Shown here: positions 21,019 to 24,000 of the stretch, piece by piece | Layout: each line of letters opens with the position of its first letter | How positions within the stretch are numbered: the stretch's first letter is position 1 | Assembly: GCF_000181515.1 (NCBI RefSeq) | Contig: NZ_ABCG01000004.1 | Span: 1-24,000 of the forward strand | Origin: Erythrobacter sp. SD-21 | Lineage (GTDB): Bacteria > Pseudomonadota > Alphaproteobacteria > Sphingomonadales > Sphingomonadaceae | Length of the DNA stretch: 24,000 nt | Reading direction: 5' to 3' | Notes under the pieces: model-generated | Told to the model about the DNA's origin: nothing | Databases searched by the model: none | The model's input: the letters and a program-made list of their open reading frames with translations, nothing else | Made by a program: the position numbers and the translations under genes

Positions 21019-24000
21019 TTAGAAGTTGAAGCGGGCGATGAACGTGTAGCGGCGATCGTTGCGGAATGCCGCGCTGATCGGGCGCGTGCCGTCGTAGTCC
21101 ACCTTGGTCGACAGCTTGGTTACTTCGTCGAGCAGGTTAACACCTTGGACGCCGAGTTTGAGGTTCTCGTTGACCGTGTAGAAGATCGACCCGTCAAGCT
21201 GGCCGCCGGCTTCCTGGAAGATCGGCGAGTACGGGAAGAGATCGTCCCGCGTCGTTACCAGGAAGTCGCTACGCCAGTTGTACGCAGCACGCGCCGAGAA
21301 CGGACCACGCTCGTAGAAGATCGTGGCGTTGATCGTGTGCTCGGATACACCCTGAAGCGGTGTGCCTGCCACGAACGGACCGTTGTTTACCGGGCCGCCG
21401 CTCGAGTTCACCGACGGCGAACCGATGCCCGAGATATTCGGGTTCGGGAAGTCACTGGCGTCGACATAGGTGTATGAGAACTGCGTGCCGAGGCCATCGA
21501 GGAAGCCTGGCAGGAAGTCGTAGACCTGCTGGTGGGCGATCTCGACCCCTTTGAGCGTGCCCGAGATGTCGTTCGCCGGACCACGGATGATCACGTCCTG
21601 CGAACCGGCGTCCGGCGCCGAATAGTTCGCGAGGCCGATGCCGTTCTGCACAATGCCGTCGATATCTTTCAAGAAGAAGGCTGCGGTAAGCGAACCCACC
21701 TCGGCAAAGTACCATTCGAGGCTGAGATCATAGTTCCACGATTCGACGGGGCGCAAATTGCGATTCCCGGTCTGCAGCTGAAGCAGCGGACCCGAATCGG
21801 CGTTGCCGCTGAATGCAAGCGTACCGCCGGCGTTGAACAGGTTCAGGTCGGGACGCGAGATCCCCTTCGAAACGGCGCCGCGGATGACGATGCCGTTATT
21901 GTTGTCGAACCGAACGTTCAGCGACGGAAGCCAATGATCGAAGACGATGTCGCGCGTGTCCGAGATCAGCTCGCCCGTATAGAGCGATGCGAACTCGGCC
22001 AAGCGAGCGCCTGCAAGATCACAATATTCCGGTCTGCCTTCGCTATCGACGGGAATTGCAGCACACGGAGTTGAGATCTCCGTCGGCTGGACAATCCCGT
22101 CGCCATTGCCGCCATTGTCCACGTCATCGAATTGGGCCGGGTCGGGGAAGGCGATGGTCGAATCGTTGCTAACCTTAGTCTCTACATATCGGACACCGAT
22201 GTTGCCCGACATGGTCCAGCTTCCGAAATCGCTGCCGAAATCGGCGCGGGCATAAGCCGCGTTTGTGATTTCGGTCACGTCCGAAATTTCGCCGGGGCAA
22301 AACGGATCGCACTGCACGACCGTGCCATCGAGAAGGGTACGGCTGCGATTGTTCACGCCGTAGGTGGCAACGCCGAAAGGACCGGATCCGCTGAATGCGT
22401 TGATTTGTGCGACCTGTTCGTCGGTCGTTCCCGCGAGATATTCACCGAGGAAATCATCACCGCCGAAGAAAAACGCCGATCCGCCTTCAATCGGAGTCCC
22501 CGCCTCGCCGCGCTGGAAGTTGTCCGCGAAGGGCGAACGGAGCTGCGAGAAGCCCGGGAATTCGTCGGTATAGGCGCCGCCTCCGATGGCGTCCGCCTGG
22601 CCCGGCAGGCCAGTGAAGAAACGGCCCGGCTCGTAAGTGCACGGCTCGAAGGTCGACGGGTTCTGGCCCCAGGGCAAACAGCCCGCACGACCGGTCCAAG
22701 GCGCCGACAAATTGCCCCAGGTGCTGAAGTTCGTGTTGCGGTTAACGCGGTCGCGCGCCGCCCAGCGTGCACCGAAGCGCGCTTTCTTGAGGAAACCTTC
22801 GTCGCTGATGTCGTATTCGAAATCCCCCGACAGGCTAAACAGATTACCATCATTGCGCTCTCGGCTGTCGAGAGCGAACCAGTAGTAGGTGTAGTACCCG
22901 CTGCCGAAATAATCCTGCGGAACGTCGGCCGGAAGCGCTCCGGACGGCTGCAAGAACTGGATATCGGGGGTTTCGCCGCTCAGGTCGATTCCAATGTCGG
23001 CCCAAGTGCTTGTTGCGCCGAAGACCGCATTGCGGGTCAGTTCGGAGGAGACGTGCTGCGCCTCGAACTTGCCGCGGAAACGATCGGTGAATTCGGCCTC
23101 GATATCGAACGAATAGTCCTCGGTGGTGCTATCGGTGCCACGAAGGAAACGCAGCGCATCCAGCGGGATGCCGCCGATGCCGAAGGGGGTCGCGTAAGCG
23201 TCGTCCACATTCTGCGTAAGAACACCGCTCACGAAATTGCCATTGGCATCAAACTCATAGCTCGTACCGGGGCGCGGCTGGTTGGTCGCCACACCATCGT
23301 CGATACGACCCAAAAGTGCGAATTCTTCGGTGAAGAAGCTGGTATCCGAGCGCAGATATTCTGCGGTCATCAGCAGGCGGCCGTCGAGCGTTTCGAACTG
23401 ACCGACGACCGAGTAGGCCTGGCGGTCACGATCGAGCGTGGTCGAGCGGACGTTGGCAAATTGCGGAACCAGAACGCTGTCAGCCGGCGGGAACTCGTCG
23501 GGACCCAAAAGCACATCACCCTGGATGCCGCCCGAGTCGACCGCCTGGGCGCGAATGCAGCCGCTGCTGAGGTCAGCCGGGCGGTAACAGTAATCGACCA
23601 ACTGCGACGCATCGGTACGGCTCTTGAGGGCCGAGTTCGAATAGCTCAGCTGAAGCCCGAAGGTGCCGGCAGCCGTGTCGAATGTGTCCGATGCCAGAAT
23701 GTTGAAAGTCGGCGACCATTCCTGGCGCAGGTCACCATAGTTGGCTTCGATCGAACCCGCGAGGTTCAGCCCGGGGTTGTCGAGCGGCTTGCGGGTAACA
23801 AGATTGACCAGGCCCGAAATCTGCCCTTCGATCATGTCGGCAGTGGTGTTCTTGAACACTTCGACACGGCCAACCAGTTCCGGAGACACATCTTCAAAGC
23901 TCAGCGCAATACCGCCATTGGCAGAGAAGATATCGCGTCCGTTCAGTTCCGAGCGCACATAGGGAAGACCACGGATGATGACGCCGGTACCCTCGACCGA
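21019..24000 (-). CDS. TonB-dependent outer-membrane receptor (5' end beyond the window)
   Basis: C-terminal ...RRYTFIARFNF has the terminal aromatic. Beta-barrel-type repeats run throughout. The reading frame stays open past the track start at 23958 to the window edge; translation of 24000-23959 gives ..GTGVIIRGLPYV, which is plug-domain-like. Confidence 0.88.
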   Translation of the reverse strand, partial: SVEGTGVIIRGLPYVRSELNGRDIFSANGGIALSFEDVSPELVGRVEVFKNTTADMIEGQISGLVNLVTRKPLDNPGLNLAGSIEANYGDLRQEWSPTFNILASDTFDTAAGTFGLQLSYSNSALKSRTDASQLVDYCYRPADLSSGCIRAQAVDSGGIQGDVLLGPDEFPPADSVLVPQFANVRSTTLDRDRQAYSVVGQFETLDGRLLMTAEYLRSDTSFFTEEFALLGRIDDGVATNQPRPGTSYEFDANGNFVSGVLTQNVDDAYATPFGIGGIPLDALRFLRGTDSTTEDYSFDIEAEFTDRFRGKFEAQHVSSELTRNAVFGATSTWADIGIDLSGETPDIQFLQPSGALPADVPQDYFGSGYYTYYWFALDSRERNDGNLFSLSGDFEYDISDEGFLKKARFGARWAARDRVNRNTNFSTWGNLSAPWTGRAGCLPWGQNPSTFEPCTYEPGRFFTGLPGQADAIGGGAYTDEFPGFSQLRSPFADNFQRGEAGTPIEGGSAFFFGGDDFLGEYLAGTTDEQVAQINAFSGSGPFGVATYGVNNRSRTLLDGTVVQCDPFCPGEISDVTEITNAAYARADFGSDFGSWTMSGNIGVRYVETKVSNDSTIAFPDPAQFDDVDNGGNGDGIVQPTEISTPCAAIPVDSEGRPEYCDLAGARLAEFASLYTGELISDTRDIVFDHWLPSLNVRFDNNNGIVIRGAVSKGISRPDLNLFNAGGTLAFSGNADSGPLLQLQTGNRNLRPVESWNYDLSLEWYFAEVGSLTAAFFLKDIDGIVQNGIGLANYSAPDAGSQDVIIRGPANDISGTLKGVEIAHQQVYDFLPGFLDGLGTQFSYTYVDASDFPNPNISGIGSPSVNSSGGPVNNGPFVAGTPLQGVSEHTINATIFYERGPFSARAAYNWRSDFLVTTRDDLFPYSPIFQEAGGQLDGSIFYTVNENLKLGVQGVNLLDEVTKLSTKVDYDGTRPISAAFRNDRRYTFIARFNF

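Overview
High-GC, alphaproteobacterial-looking window (sphingomonad-like by gene content; inference only). It has three parts. (1) 1-631, + strand: the tail of an rRNA operon, with the 23S 3' end, 5S rRNA, tRNA-fMet and two intrinsic terminators. A CitE/HpcH-family CoA-ester lyase gene follows at 705-1613. (2) 1610-13439, all on the - strand: an expanded curli-type (CsgG/CsgF, type VIII secretion) functional-amyloid locus, and the main item of interest. The order is csgF-csgG, then four tandem giant curlin-repeat paralogues (453, 551, 551 and 614 aa), then a short 252-aa curlin with a Gly/Asn/Cys-rich N-terminus like the CsgA N22 segment. After these come a translationally coupled acidic secreted protein of unknown function, a CsgC/CsgH-like small secreted protein, and a membrane-anchored, largely disordered 459-aa protein with a small C-terminal domain. 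I found no CsgE or CsgD equivalent. GC-rich hairpins sit in every curlin intergenic spacer. A + strand promoter/terminator pair between csgG and the first curlin suggests a small antisense RNA. The csgF leader carries two C6 tracts complementary to its G6 Shine-Dalgarno, and a LacI-type palindrome lies further upstream. (3) 13784-24000, - strand: cysQ-like phosphatase, GluP/FucP-type sugar transporter, GH3 beta-glucosidase (with a LacI-type operator upstream), MFS transporter, LacI-family regulator, and a TonB-dependent receptor truncated at the window edge. This is an ordinary beta-glucoside uptake cluster. The many long ORFs antisense to real genes are shadow ORFs. All calls come from reading the sequence and translations by eye; no searches were run.
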